From assembly GCA_900317715.1 (NCBI GenBank), contig ONHS01000005.1, positions 16,694 through 80,693 on the forward strand: 64,000 nucleotides of DNA. The letters are read 5' to 3'. Both the position numbers and the translations under genes were made by a program. The DNA is from an uncultured Bacteroidales bacterium. GTDB lineage: Bacteria; Bacteroidota; Bacteroidia; Bacteroidales; WCHB1-69. Below are positions 20,401 through 28,893 of this stretch, one piece after another. A model generated the notes under the pieces. The model saw only the letters and a list, made by a program, of their open reading frames with translations. It ran no database searches and was not told the origin of the DNA. Each line of letters begins with the position of its first letter. Position 1 is the stretch's first letter.

Positions 20401-20865
20401 GGAGGAATTGAGCACCAAATCTTGGTTGTTGCCCACCGAAACACCGCGCGAAATCGAACCGTTGGTGTATAACGACTGATCATTCAGCAAATCTGTGAAC
20501 GGTGTAGAAGGGATTTCCACGATCTCGTGCCCTCTCCTACCCGGTTCCACGTCGTGCAAGGAACGGTGCGCGACAGGTTTCGACAAGTCGAAAGAGTAGG
20601 TTTTGTATTGCATGAAAAGGCGCGTGCCCAACAGTGCAGAATCGCGCAAATAGAGGGTGGAAGTTAACGGATCGAGACGATATTGAGTAGGGTTAACATT
20701 CTGTATATAAAAGGTTTGCGGATCAATTGAGTAGGAATCCAGATGTATCACCATCGTGTCAGCATCGATATGACGGAAGCGCAAATCACCCGCTTCCTGT
20801 GCCGACATTTTGGCGACACAGCTGAGGCAAAGCAAACAGAGTAATAAGCGCAAAAAATCCTTCAT
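17416..20865 (-). CDS. Large outer-membrane protein of unknown function (about 1150 aa)
   Basis: Signal peptide, [14 protein letters not shown] motif, [10 protein letters not shown].RG...DY.VDY motif, amphipathic strands and C-terminal Phe. Confidence 0.75.
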   Translation of the reverse strand: [1149 protein letters not shown]

Positions 20866-20890
20866 CAAAAATACCGACAAATAATTGCCG

Positions 20891-20927
20891 CAAAGATAAC
20901 TCTCTTTTCTCAAATTTCGTATCTTTG
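20891..20927. promoter_or_regulatory. Back-to-back divergent -7 boxes
   Basis: CAAAGATA (minus-strand TATCTTTG) at 20891-20898 and TATCTTTG at 20920-20927. Confidence 0.65.
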
Positions 20928-20942
20928 CCGAAAATTTTTGGC

Positions 20943-21893
20943 ATGGTTAACATTGAGAATTTCACGATGAAAGATACCCGTTCAGGGTTTGGCGCAGGCT
21001 TGATGGAAGCAGCGCAAAAGAATGATAATATCTTTGCTTTGACGGCAGATGTCACAGGAAGTGTGAAGATGGGCGACTTCAAAGCAGCTTATCCAGAGCG
21101 TTTTATCCAATGCGGCATCGCCGAAGCGAACATGATCGGTATCTCCGCCGGATTGGCATTGAGCGGCAAAATCCCGTTTGCCAGCGCTTTCGCTGGCTTC
21201 ATTTCAGGTCGTGTCTATGACCAAATCCGCATGACGGTGGCGTATTCGAACCTCAACGTCAAAATCGGCGCATCGCACTCCGGCATCACCGTCGGTGAAG
21301 ATGGCGCCACCCACCAAATGATGGAAGATCTCGGACTGATGAAGATGCTGCCCAACATGGTGGTCATCAATCCTTGCGACTACAACCAGACAAAAATGGC
21401 GACCATCGCGGCTGCCGAATACAACGGCCCTGTCTATATTCGCTTCGGTCGCCCGTCCGTACCCAACTTCACGGAAGAGAAGCCCTTCATCATCGGAAAA
21501 GCGGACGTCATGCAGGAAGGCAACGACGTGACCATCTTCGCAACGGGTCATTTGGTGTTCCCCGCACTGCAAGCCGCCAACGCGCTCAAGGAGCAAGGCA
21601 TCTCTGTCGAAGTCGTCAACATCGCGACTATCAAGCCGTTAGATACGGAAGCCGTGGTTGCCAGCGTCAAGAAAACCGGTTGCGCCGTCACAGCGGAAGA
21701 GCACTTCCTCAACGGCGGTCTGGGCGACTCCATCTGCCAGTGCCTGAGCCGTAATCTGCCCGCACCCGTGGAAATGATCGGTGTGGACGACCATTTTGGC
21801 GAAAGCGGCACTCCCGATGAACTGATGGCTCATTTCGGTTTGGACAAAGAGCACATCATGGAGGCTTGCCAGAAAGCCATTAGTCGCAAATAA
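20943..21893 (+). CDS. Transketolase C-terminal (pyrimidine-binding) subunit
   Basis: GIAEANM, HSGITVGEDGATHQ, GPVYIRFGR and TIKPLD motifs. Confidence 0.92.
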   Translation: MVNIENFTMKDTRSGFGAGLMEAAQKNDNIFALTADVTGSVKMGDFKAAYPERFIQCGIAEANMIGISAGLALSGKIPFASAFAGFISGRVYDQIRMTVAYSNLNVKIGASHSGITVGEDGATHQMMEDLGLMKMLPNMVVINPCDYNQTKMATIAAAEYNGPVYIRFGRPSVPNFTEEKPFIIGKADVMQEGNDVTIFATGHLVFPALQAANALKEQGISVEVVNIATIKPLDTEAVVASVKKTGCAVTAEEHFLNGGLGDSICQCLSRNLPAPVEMIGVDDHFGESGTPDELMAHFGLDKEHIMEACQKAISRK

Positions 21894-21907
21894 CTGATTA
21901 TCAGAAT

Positions 21908-22465
21908 ATGCCCGAAATCACCGACGAATTTATACTGTCGCTTTTCAGTAACGAGAAGACCAAAGAAAAGGCCTTCGAAATGTTGCTGAAAAAGTACCAG
22001 AAGCACATCTATTACAGTGCGCGGCGCATCGTCACCATCCACGAAGATGCCGACGATGTCACGCAAAACGTGTGCATCAAAATTTGGCGCAATCTCGACA
22101 AGTTCAGAAGCGAATCCAGTCTAAAAACTTGGATATCAAGAATCTGCATAAACGAAGCGTTGACATACATTGAGAAGAAAAAGAAACTGCTGAATCTGGA
22201 TGACGACAACTACACGAACTTTCTGCTGATCAGTCAAGCGGACACCAGCACATTGTCCCCCGGGCAGATAGAACAAATCCTGCAAGAAGAGATTGTCAAG
22301 TTGCCGCCGAAACAACGTGCGGTCTTCACAATGCGTTACTACGACGAAACGCCCTACGCCGAGATGTCCAAGATTTTCGACACCTCCGAAAGTGCGCTGA
22401 AGGCTTCCTATCATTTCGCCGCAGAAAAAATCAAAAAAAATATTTCAGAGCGTTTAACTTTTTAA
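21908..22465 (+). CDS. ECF RNA polymerase sigma factor
   Basis: Region 2 DADDVTQN..IKIW...F...S..KTWI.RI; region 4 LPPKQRAVF.MRYY....Y.E. Confidence 0.92.
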   Translation: MPEITDEFILSLFSNEKTKEKAFEMLLKKYQKHIYYSARRIVTIHEDADDVTQNVCIKIWRNLDKFRSESSLKTWISRICINEALTYIEKKKKLLNLDDDNYTNFLLISQADTSTLSPGQIEQILQEEIVKLPPKQRAVFTMRYYDETPYAEMSKIFDTSESALKASYHFAAEKIKKNISERLTF

Positions 22466-22503
22466 AAGTTCTGGAGTCATTGGTTTTGTAATTCACATTT
22501 GTT

Positions 22504-22836
22504 ATGATTGATTTAGAAAACATAGAGAAAAAGGAACACTTCCAAGTTCCTGATAATTATTTTGATGAGCTGCCGGGTAGGGTCATGCAACATATCCATC
22601 AAGAGCAGCGCAAGAAGAGAACACTCATCTCATCAGCTGTGGCCGCAGTGGCTGTCATTGCCGTGGCCGTCGGGGTCTTCTTCACCTATAATACGCCAAA
22701 ACAATCTGCAGAAATCACCCAAAACCAACAAATTGCTGCAAACATCGAAGAAGAAGAGGCATTAGAAATGGTAGCAGAAGATTACTACAGTGAGGAATTG
22801 GCCATGTTGGATTATTATCAATATTTCGAATACTAA
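22504..22836 (+). CDS. Putative anti-sigma factor (single TM)
   Basis: F.VP.NYFDEL..R motif plus TM helix, directly downstream of the ECF sigma. Confidence 0.7.
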   Translation: MIDLENIEKKEHFQVPDNYFDELPGRVMQHIHQEQRKKRTLISSAVAAVAVIAVAVGVFFTYNTPKQSAEITQNQQIAANIEEEEALEMVAEDYYSEELAMLDYYQYFEY

Positions 22837-22852
22837 TTAAAAATCTAATATC

Positions 22853-23356
22853 ATGAAAAAAGTTTGGATCACGCTGATTATCATAGCTGTAGCTACCTCC
22901 ACACTCTTCGCGCAGGACAAGAGTCCCAAAACGATAGTTCAAGAGCGTTTGTCTTACATGAAAGTAAACCTGTCGCTGTCCGGTAAAGAGAATCAGAATT
23001 TCTGGAGTGTGTATGAGCAGTACCTCAAAGACGAGATGAAAGCCATGAATGATTACCGTAAGAACCTGGAAAAACAGGGCATCAAACTAGGTGCGCCAGG
23101 GACAAACAAAGAGATCATAGAGAACCTGACTGACAAACAGCTCACCTACCTCCAGGATCAGAAATTCGAATTGCGCAAGACGCTCCTGAACTTGGAGACC
23201 ACTTACTACAAAAAATACAAATCCATCCTGACTCCCAAACACATACACGATCTTTACAATTTGGAATACAAATACAAACGGGGACTGACTCAAAAAAAGA
23301 AAGAGGCTAAGAAAGATACAACAGGGCCCGTGAATACCGGTAAGAAAAAACGTTAA
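22853..23356 (+). CDS. Periplasmic helical protein (Spy/CpxP-like ECF-associated sensor)
   Basis: Signal peptide; L.LS..E...FW.VY..Y and ILTPK motifs. Confidence 0.65.
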   Translation: MKKVWITLIIIAVATSTLFAQDKSPKTIVQERLSYMKVNLSLSGKENQNFWSVYEQYLKDEMKAMNDYRKNLEKQGIKLGAPGTNKEIIENLTDKQLTYLQDQKFELRKTLLNLETTYYKKYKSILTPKHIHDLYNLEYKYKRGLTQKKKEAKKDTTGPVNTGKKKR

Positions 23357-23360
23357 AAAG

Positions 23361-23385
23361 AAAGTGCCAAACGGCACTTTTTTTT
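23361..23385 (+). terminator. Rho-independent terminator
   Basis: AAAGTGCC-AAAC-GGCACTTT followed by a T-run. Confidence 0.75.
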
Positions 23386-23416
23386 GTATCTTTGCCCCAC
23401 TTTTAAATTCTTAGAT

Positions 23417-24196
23417 ATGCAGAATTATCAATTCCTGAAAATAGACACCCTGGATGCGGTCTGTACGTTAACCATCTCCGCACCAAAATCCCTCAACGCT
23501 TTAAATTCCAGCATCTTAAAAGAGATGGACGACTTCCTTTCCAATTTGGACAAGGACATTCGTGTTTTGATCATCACCGGTGACGGTGAGAAATCCTTCG
23601 TTGCAGGTGCGGACATTTCGGAAATGCAACCGCTGAATGCGGAAGAAGGCGAACGTTTCGGCGCTTTCGGCGCGAAGGTGTTCCGCAAAATCGAGACACT
23701 GCCCATTCCCGTCATCGCGGCGGTGAACGGTTTCGCGCTTGGCGGAGGCTGCGAGTTAGCCTTGTCGTGCGATATCCGCTTGGCTTCCAGCAATGCCAAA
23801 TTCGGGCAACCGGAAGTCGGTCTGGGCATCATTCCCGGTTTCTCCGGCACCTACCGCTTAGCTAAAATCGCGGGCATGGGCATTGCCAAAGAGCTGATTT
23901 TCAGCGGCAGAGCCATCAAAGCGGACGAAGCTTTGCGCATTGGATTAGTAAACGCTGTTTATGAACCCGAAAAATTGATGGATGCGGCCATCGCTATGGC
24001 AAAACGCATCACCAGGAATGCGCCCATCGCCGTAAGTTACGCTAAAATCTGCATCAACGAGGAGTACGACCTGCCCGCTGACGAGGCCATCGCTTTCGAA
24101 AGCCGCATGTTCGGCAAGTGCTTCGCCACCAAAGACCAAAAGGCCGGCATGACCGCCTTCCTCACCAAAACCGAGGCAAAATTCACCAAAGAATAA
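23417..24196 (+). CDS. crt: Enoyl-CoA hydratase (crotonase)
   Basis: FVAGADI, NGFALGGGCEL and GQPEVGLGIIPG motifs; TATCTTTG -7 box at 23387. Confidence 0.88.
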   Translation: MQNYQFLKIDTLDAVCTLTISAPKSLNALNSSILKEMDDFLSNLDKDIRVLIITGDGEKSFVAGADISEMQPLNAEEGERFGAFGAKVFRKIETLPIPVIAAVNGFALGGGCELALSCDIRLASSNAKFGQPEVGLGIIPGFSGTYRLAKIAGMGIAKELIFSGRAIKADEALRIGLVNAVYEPEKLMDAAIAMAKRITRNAPIAVSYAKICINEEYDLPADEAIAFESRMFGKCFATKDQKAGMTAFLTKTEAKFTKE

Positions 24197-24226
24197 TCAT
24201 TTTTCACCAAATTAAATACATCTATT

Positions 24227-25063
24227 ATGAAAATTTGTGTTATAGGTACAGGTACCATGGCCAAAGGTATCGTCAAGGCTTTCGCCGCCAAGATGCCCGT
24301 GGTCATGAAGAGCAGAACCCAAGCCAGCCTCGACAAGGCCATGGGTTCCATTTCCAAATCATACGCCAAACTCGTGGAGAAAGGCAAAATCACGGAAGAC
24401 GCGATGAACGCCATTCTCGGCAATATCACCACCACCACCGACTACGCCACTTTCGCAGATGCGGATTTGGTGATTGAAGCTGCTGTGGAAGATATGCAAC
24501 TCAAGAAGGATGTCTTCATGGAACTCGACAAAATCTGCAAGCCGGAGACGATTTTCGCCACCAACTCCTCTTCTTTGTCCATCACGGAGATTGCAGCTTG
24601 TACGAGCCGTCCGAGCCAATTCATCGGCTGCCACTTCTTCAACCCTGCCGACAGAATGGCATTGGTGGAAGTCATCAAGGGTCAGCTCACTTCTGAGGAA
24701 GTGGCCAAGACCATCGTCGATTTGACCACCGAGATTGGCAAAACGCCCGTTCCCGTGAACGAAGCTCCCGGTTTCGTAGTGAACCGCATCCTCATCCCGA
24801 TGATCAACGAAGCTGTGGGCATCCTCGCCGACGGCATCGCTTCTGCTGAAGACATCGACAAATGCATGATGTTGGGTGCCAACCACCCCATGGGTCCGCT
24901 CGCCTTGGCCGACCTCATCGGCAACGACGTGAATCTCGCTATCATGGAAGTCCTCTACAAGGAATTCGGCGATCCGAAATATCGTCCTCACCCGCTGTTG
25001 CGCAAGATGGTCCGCGCCGGACTGCTTGGCCGCAAAACCGGTGAAGGTTTCTACAAATACTAA
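24227..25063 (+). CDS. hbd: 3-hydroxybutyryl-CoA dehydrogenase
   Basis: GTGTM, VIEA..E, HFFNP, PGFVVNR and [14 protein letters not shown] motifs. Confidence 0.92.
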   Translation: MKICVIGTGTMAKGIVKAFAAKMPVVMKSRTQASLDKAMGSISKSYAKLVEKGKITEDAMNAILGNITTTTDYATFADADLVIEAAVEDMQLKKDVFMELDKICKPETIFATNSSSLSITEIAACTSRPSQFIGCHFFNPADRMALVEVIKGQLTSEEVAKTIVDLTTEIGKTPVPVNEAPGFVVNRILIPMINEAVGILADGIASAEDIDKCMMLGANHPMGPLALADLIGNDVNLAIMEVLYKEFGDPKYRPHPLLRKMVRAGLLGRKTGEGFYKY

Positions 25064-25066
25064 TCG

Positions 25067-25099
25067 AAAAGGTGCGTCGGAAACGGCGCACTTTTTTTT
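25067..25099. terminator. Terminator between convergent genes
   Basis: AAAAGGTGCGTCG-GAAA-CGGCGCACTTTTTTTT. Confidence 0.75.
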
Positions 25100-25104
25100 A
25101 GGTT

Positions 25105-26052
25105 CTAATCCCCATAAAGCTCCCAATAGTCCTCGCACTCCCACACGAGCGTGTCGAATCTGGAGGCATAGCCGCTCCAATGACCAATGACATTCTCACT
25201 GTTGAAGTTGCTCTCTGACGGGAGAGGGTTCGTGAACGGGCTGGAGCCGAAAGCGGCCTCTGAACCCGCCGAAATCAAATATTCGTATGTGTGGTGGTCC
25301 ACCTGCGAGTGTTTGACCACTACTGTATCCCCAGGTCGGAAAGTCATACGCGCAAACGCTTGCTGTTCTTCCTCGCTCATCAGGCCTAACATCAGTGAGG
25401 AATAGCCGTAACGGGCAACCTCATAATTGACTGTCTGTCCGTTGAGAGCGCGGTCATCAAAAGCGACCGGCATATTGCATACCCAAAAACGATCTTGCAT
25501 TTTCGGACATTTCACCTTGCAGAAAAAAGCGTAATAGTTGACCTCATCGGCGGGATCGGTAAACAAAACGCGAATGGAGGCCATCGTATCGGCGAACATT
25601 TCCATGTCATGGTTGAAACCGATGGAATCCAACTCGAAAGTTTTGGGGATATAGGTTTCCGCCGTATAGGTTTGTCCTTCATACTCCACCGTCAACGTAT
25701 AGTGCGTTTCTTCTTTCCCAATCACATTTTTACCCACAAACGCCACGTAAAAAGGAGCTTCCGGTGACAAAGTCCACGTCAACTCTTCAGATTCGCCTGT
25801 TTCTGAAGTAATGAACACTCTGGCTTGGGTGCCATTCACGAGGACCTCGTTCATCAAGGTATTCAGATTCACCTCCGAGAAATAAGGAATACTGCGGGTA
25901 AGCATGACCATGGCAGGAAAACCGTTCTCAATCGTACCTTCCACCACCAATTTTGACTGGTATTCGGGAAGATTCAATTCGATTTCTTTCTGGCATCCAT
26001 ATTGTAACACACAGATAATCAACGACAACAATATCCAAATCTTCTTTCTCAT
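25105..26052 (-). CDS. DUF4249 family lipoprotein
   Basis: Lipobox YGC; KLVVEG.I, F.DP....NYY and SN......G.W.G motifs. Confidence 0.8.
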   Translation of the reverse strand: MRKKIWILLSLIICVLQYGCQKEIELNLPEYQSKLVVEGTIENGFPAMVMLTRSIPYFSEVNLNTLMNEVLVNGTQARVFITSETGESEELTWTLSPEAPFYVAFVGKNVIGKEETHYTLTVEYEGQTYTAETYIPKTFELDSIGFNHDMEMFADTMASIRVLFTDPADEVNYYAFFCKVKCPKMQDRFWVCNMPVAFDDRALNGQTVNYEVARYGYSSLMLGLMSEEEQQAFARMTFRPGDTVVVKHSQVDHHTYEYLISAGSEAAFGSSPFTNPLPSESNFNSENVIGHWSGYASRFDTLVWECEDYWELYGD

Positions 26053-26120
26053 CAATATTGTTTCTTCTATTCTATCAAGCCGCAAATGTACAAAAAAATA
26101 GTATTTTTGCGCTAAATTTC

Positions 26121-26160
26121 TAACCGTTTAACCTCTAAACCATAAACCCTAAACTACAAG
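26121..26160. repeat. Degenerate (TAAACCC)-type heptamer array
   Basis: taacctc taaacca taaaccc taaacta; same family at 50238-50283. Confidence 0.6.
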
Positions 26161-26163
26161 CGA

Positions 26164-26718
26164 ATGTTCTACCAAAACATCATAGAGCCCTACATTCGGC
26201 AAACCGAGCAACATTCGGACACCACCGTGGCACGTATCGGTAGACAGGTCTATTCCTACGCACAGCTTGCGCAACGTATCGCACCGATAATGAACGAGTT
26301 GGACGCTTTGTCCATTTCACGTGTCGGCATTGTGATCAAGGAGGATTTGACCGCATACGCGGCATTGATGGCCTGCCTGTTCAACAGCGTGGTGGTGGTG
26401 CCTCTGCCCGAAAACCTCTCCGAAACGCAAATGGAGATGATTTCAAAAAGACTCGAACTGCCTCAAATCCTGACCGTAGAGCGGATGCACTATTATTTCA
26501 GGATGACATTCGAGGATGCGCTCTGCCGCATTGACAATGGGCTTTATCATATTGAGGACGAACAACTTATCAGCATTATTCCTTCCTTGAAAGAAGAGGG
26601 CGATATCACGTTTCGAAATCTTTACGCCAAAGATTTCAAAGCCAAGAAGCCATTTACCTTATCCACTGTTTTTCAGTCTTTTACTCCAGAATTTCCTGAT
26701 ATATGCTCCATCTTTTAA
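26164..26718 (+). CDS. Short protein resembling only the N-terminal part of an AMP-binding (ANL) enzyme
   Basis: YSYAQL..R, RVGI.......AALMACL....VVPL pattern; no P-loop TSG(S/T)TG and only 184 aa. Confidence 0.5.
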   Translation: MFYQNIIEPYIRQTEQHSDTTVARIGRQVYSYAQLAQRIAPIMNELDALSISRVGIVIKEDLTAYAALMACLFNSVVVVPLPENLSETQMEMISKRLELPQILTVERMHYYFRMTFEDALCRIDNGLYHIEDEQLISIIPSLKEEGDITFRNLYAKDFKAKKPFTLSTVFQSFTPEFPDICSIF

Positions 26719-27665
26719 ACAAGAATCTCAACCTGCAACTCGTCATTTTGATCCTGCTGATCGGATGGTCTGCATGGAACATCTTCGCGCACATGACGCT
26801 GATGCCCGCCGAAGGTTCCATGTTCCTCTACCATCCTATTGCCAAACTTTGGACATGGAGCCCTGTGTTGGTTCGTATCTTGGCTTTTCTCATCGTGTTG
26901 ACCATGACCTACGGGGTGATGCAGCTGTTTCAACAAAAACATTTCTACGATAACCGCACTTACATGCCCGGTATTTTCCTACTTCTCACACTCAACTCCG
27001 GCAAATTCCTCAACACCTTCAGTCCTGCGCTCCTGACCACCTTTTTTATTGCGTTGATTATGCTTCTGTATTTGCCTAGCGAGTCCGCTTCGAAGGCCAA
27101 AGACCGCATTTTCACTTTCGGTTTGGCCATTGCCATCGCTACCATGTTGGACATCAGCGCTTTTGGCATTTTCTTGTTTCTACTCTTAACGCTGGCTATC
27201 AACAATATCACCCCCTTTAAAGACATTGTCATCCTCGTCCTCGGATTGCTGTTTCCCTACTTGTACGCCTTTTCATTTGCCTTTCTTTTCGATTCGATGC
27301 CCGCATTTCTGCAGTCTTGGCGCGACATCACTTTCTTCGTTCCTGCAAAAGAAATCCCCCACCTTCGCCCTATGGATTACATCACACTCATTTACTTCTG
27401 CCTTATGGTCGTATATCTCATTGTTCGAGATAAAAAACTATTAGACAACAAGTTGATTGTGATTCGACAAGCTTTCACGAACATTCATTTGTTGTTTGTC
27501 AGCCTGTTGGTATTCATGTGGTTAGGCAACATGTCGATGCACGGAGCCTTGCTTTACCTTATGATGCCCGTTTCGATTTACCTCTCTGTGGCGGTGGTTC
27601 CGAAACGCCGGCGGTTTATTTTCGATATTTTGTTGGTGGCTTTTTGTGTGCTGTTATGGCTTTGA
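26703..27665 (+). CDS. Multi-pass membrane protein (DUF6427-like)
   Basis: About 10 hydrophobic segments; overlaps both neighbouring genes. Confidence 0.65.
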   Translation: MLHLLNKNLNLQLVILILLIGWSAWNIFAHMTLMPAEGSMFLYHPIAKLWTWSPVLVRILAFLIVLTMTYGVMQLFQQKHFYDNRTYMPGIFLLLTLNSGKFLNTFSPALLTTFFIALIMLLYLPSESASKAKDRIFTFGLAIAIATMLDISAFGIFLFLLLTLAINNITPFKDIVILVLGLLFPYLYAFSFAFLFDSMPAFLQSWRDITFFVPAKEIPHLRPMDYITLIYFCLMVVYLIVRDKKLLDNKLIVIRQAFTNIHLLFVSLLVFMWLGNMSMHGALLYLMMPVSIYLSVAVVPKRRRFIFDILLVAFCVLLWL

Positions 27666-28258
27666 AATCCAATTTCTCCCCTACTCCCCTTTTGGAATGC
27701 GGTTGCGACGAGGTCGGGCGCGGCTGTTTAGCCGGACCGGTATGCGCTGCCGCCGTCATCTTCCCTTACGGATACACTAACAAGGAAATCAATGATTCAA
27801 AGCAACTTACGGAGAAGAAACGGGATGCTTTGCGAGAAATCATCGAACGGGATGCGCTCGCTTTTGCCGTCGCTGAAGTGTCGGAAACGGAGATTGACAA
27901 AATGAACATCTTGCGGGCTTCCATCCATTGTATGAACCTCGCTATCGGGGAATTAAACCCCAAACCTGAACTTATTTTAGTCGATGGCAACCGTTTCACC
28001 GACCATTGGGGGATTCCCTATCGGTGTGTGGTGAAAGGCGACGCCACCTACCTCTCCATCGCGGCGGCCTCCATCCTGGCCAAAACCTACCGCGATGCAC
28101 TGATGAGCCGTCTGAGCGAGGAATTTCCCGCTTACGATTGGGCGCATAACAAAGGCTACCCTACTCCGAAGCATATCGCCGCAGTGGATCAATACGGTCT
28201 AACTCCTTATCACAGAAGAAGTTTTCATCTCAAAAGACAACTTTCATTAGACCTTTAA
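27656..28258 (+). CDS. rnhB: Ribonuclease HII
   Basis: GCDEVGRGCLAGPV, DSKQL, DGN, KGD and SIAAASILAK motifs. Confidence 0.95.
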   Translation: MALKSNFSPTPLLECGCDEVGRGCLAGPVCAAAVIFPYGYTNKEINDSKQLTEKKRDALREIIERDALAFAVAEVSETEIDKMNILRASIHCMNLAIGELNPKPELILVDGNRFTDHWGIPYRCVVKGDATYLSIAAASILAKTYRDALMSRLSEEFPAYDWAHNKGYPTPKHIAAVDQYGLTPYHRRSFHLKRQLSLDL

Positions 28259-28287
28259 CCAAAACGATATTTTTTTTCATTTTTTTT

Positions 28288-28312
28288 GCAACAAAAGCAC
28301 GCCTTTTTCGTC
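28288..28312 (+). promoter_or_regulatory. Candidate autoregulatory ECF promoter
   Basis: GCAAC-N16-CGTC, ending 17 nt before the sigma ATG. Confidence 0.55.
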
Positions 28313-28329
28313 CTAGTCTTTAAGAAGAA

Positions 28330-28893
28330 ATGCTGACAAAAGAAGAGATAGAAATCATTAATGGCTGTCGGAAGGGCGATGTGACCTACCAGAAGATGCT
28401 GTACGACAAATATGGCCCTATGATCAAGGGCGTATGTTTGCGTTACACGTCTGATATGCAGGAAGCCGAAGACCTTTTTCACGACGTGATTGTGCATATT
28501 CTGACCCATTTTGATGAATATGACCACATCACGACGCTCGGAGGTTGGCTGAAGACCATCACTTCCAACAAGGCCATCGATTTGTGGCGCTACAAGAAAA
28601 GCCATGACACCGTGCCTTCCAGCCATTTACCGATAGAAGAGCCAGTAGATGACAAGGACCATCCTTACGATGGGATTCCGATGAACGTGCTGCTGGAGCA
28701 TATTCAGAAACTGCCCCCGAAGTATCGAACCGCCTTCAACCTCTTCGTCATTGAGGAGAAGGATCAAGCTGAAATCGGTAAGATCATGGACGAGGGGCCT
28801 GCTAATGTTCGCAGTCTGATTTTTCGCGCTAAACAAATGTTGCGCAAAAGCATAAAAAAATATCTGAAAAACGAAGAGTTCAACTATGAGTAA
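28330..28893 (+). CDS. ECF RNA polymerase sigma factor
   Basis: GCRKGD...Q..LY......GVCLRY....EAEDL; LPPKYRTAFNLF; S..FRAK motifs. Confidence 0.92.
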   Translation: MLTKEEIEIINGCRKGDVTYQKMLYDKYGPMIKGVCLRYTSDMQEAEDLFHDVIVHILTHFDEYDHITTLGGWLKTITSNKAIDLWRYKKSHDTVPSSHLPIEEPVDDKDHPYDGIPMNVLLEHIQKLPPKYRTAFNLFVIEEKDQAEIGKIMDEGPANVRSLIFRAKQMLRKSIKKYLKNEEFNYE

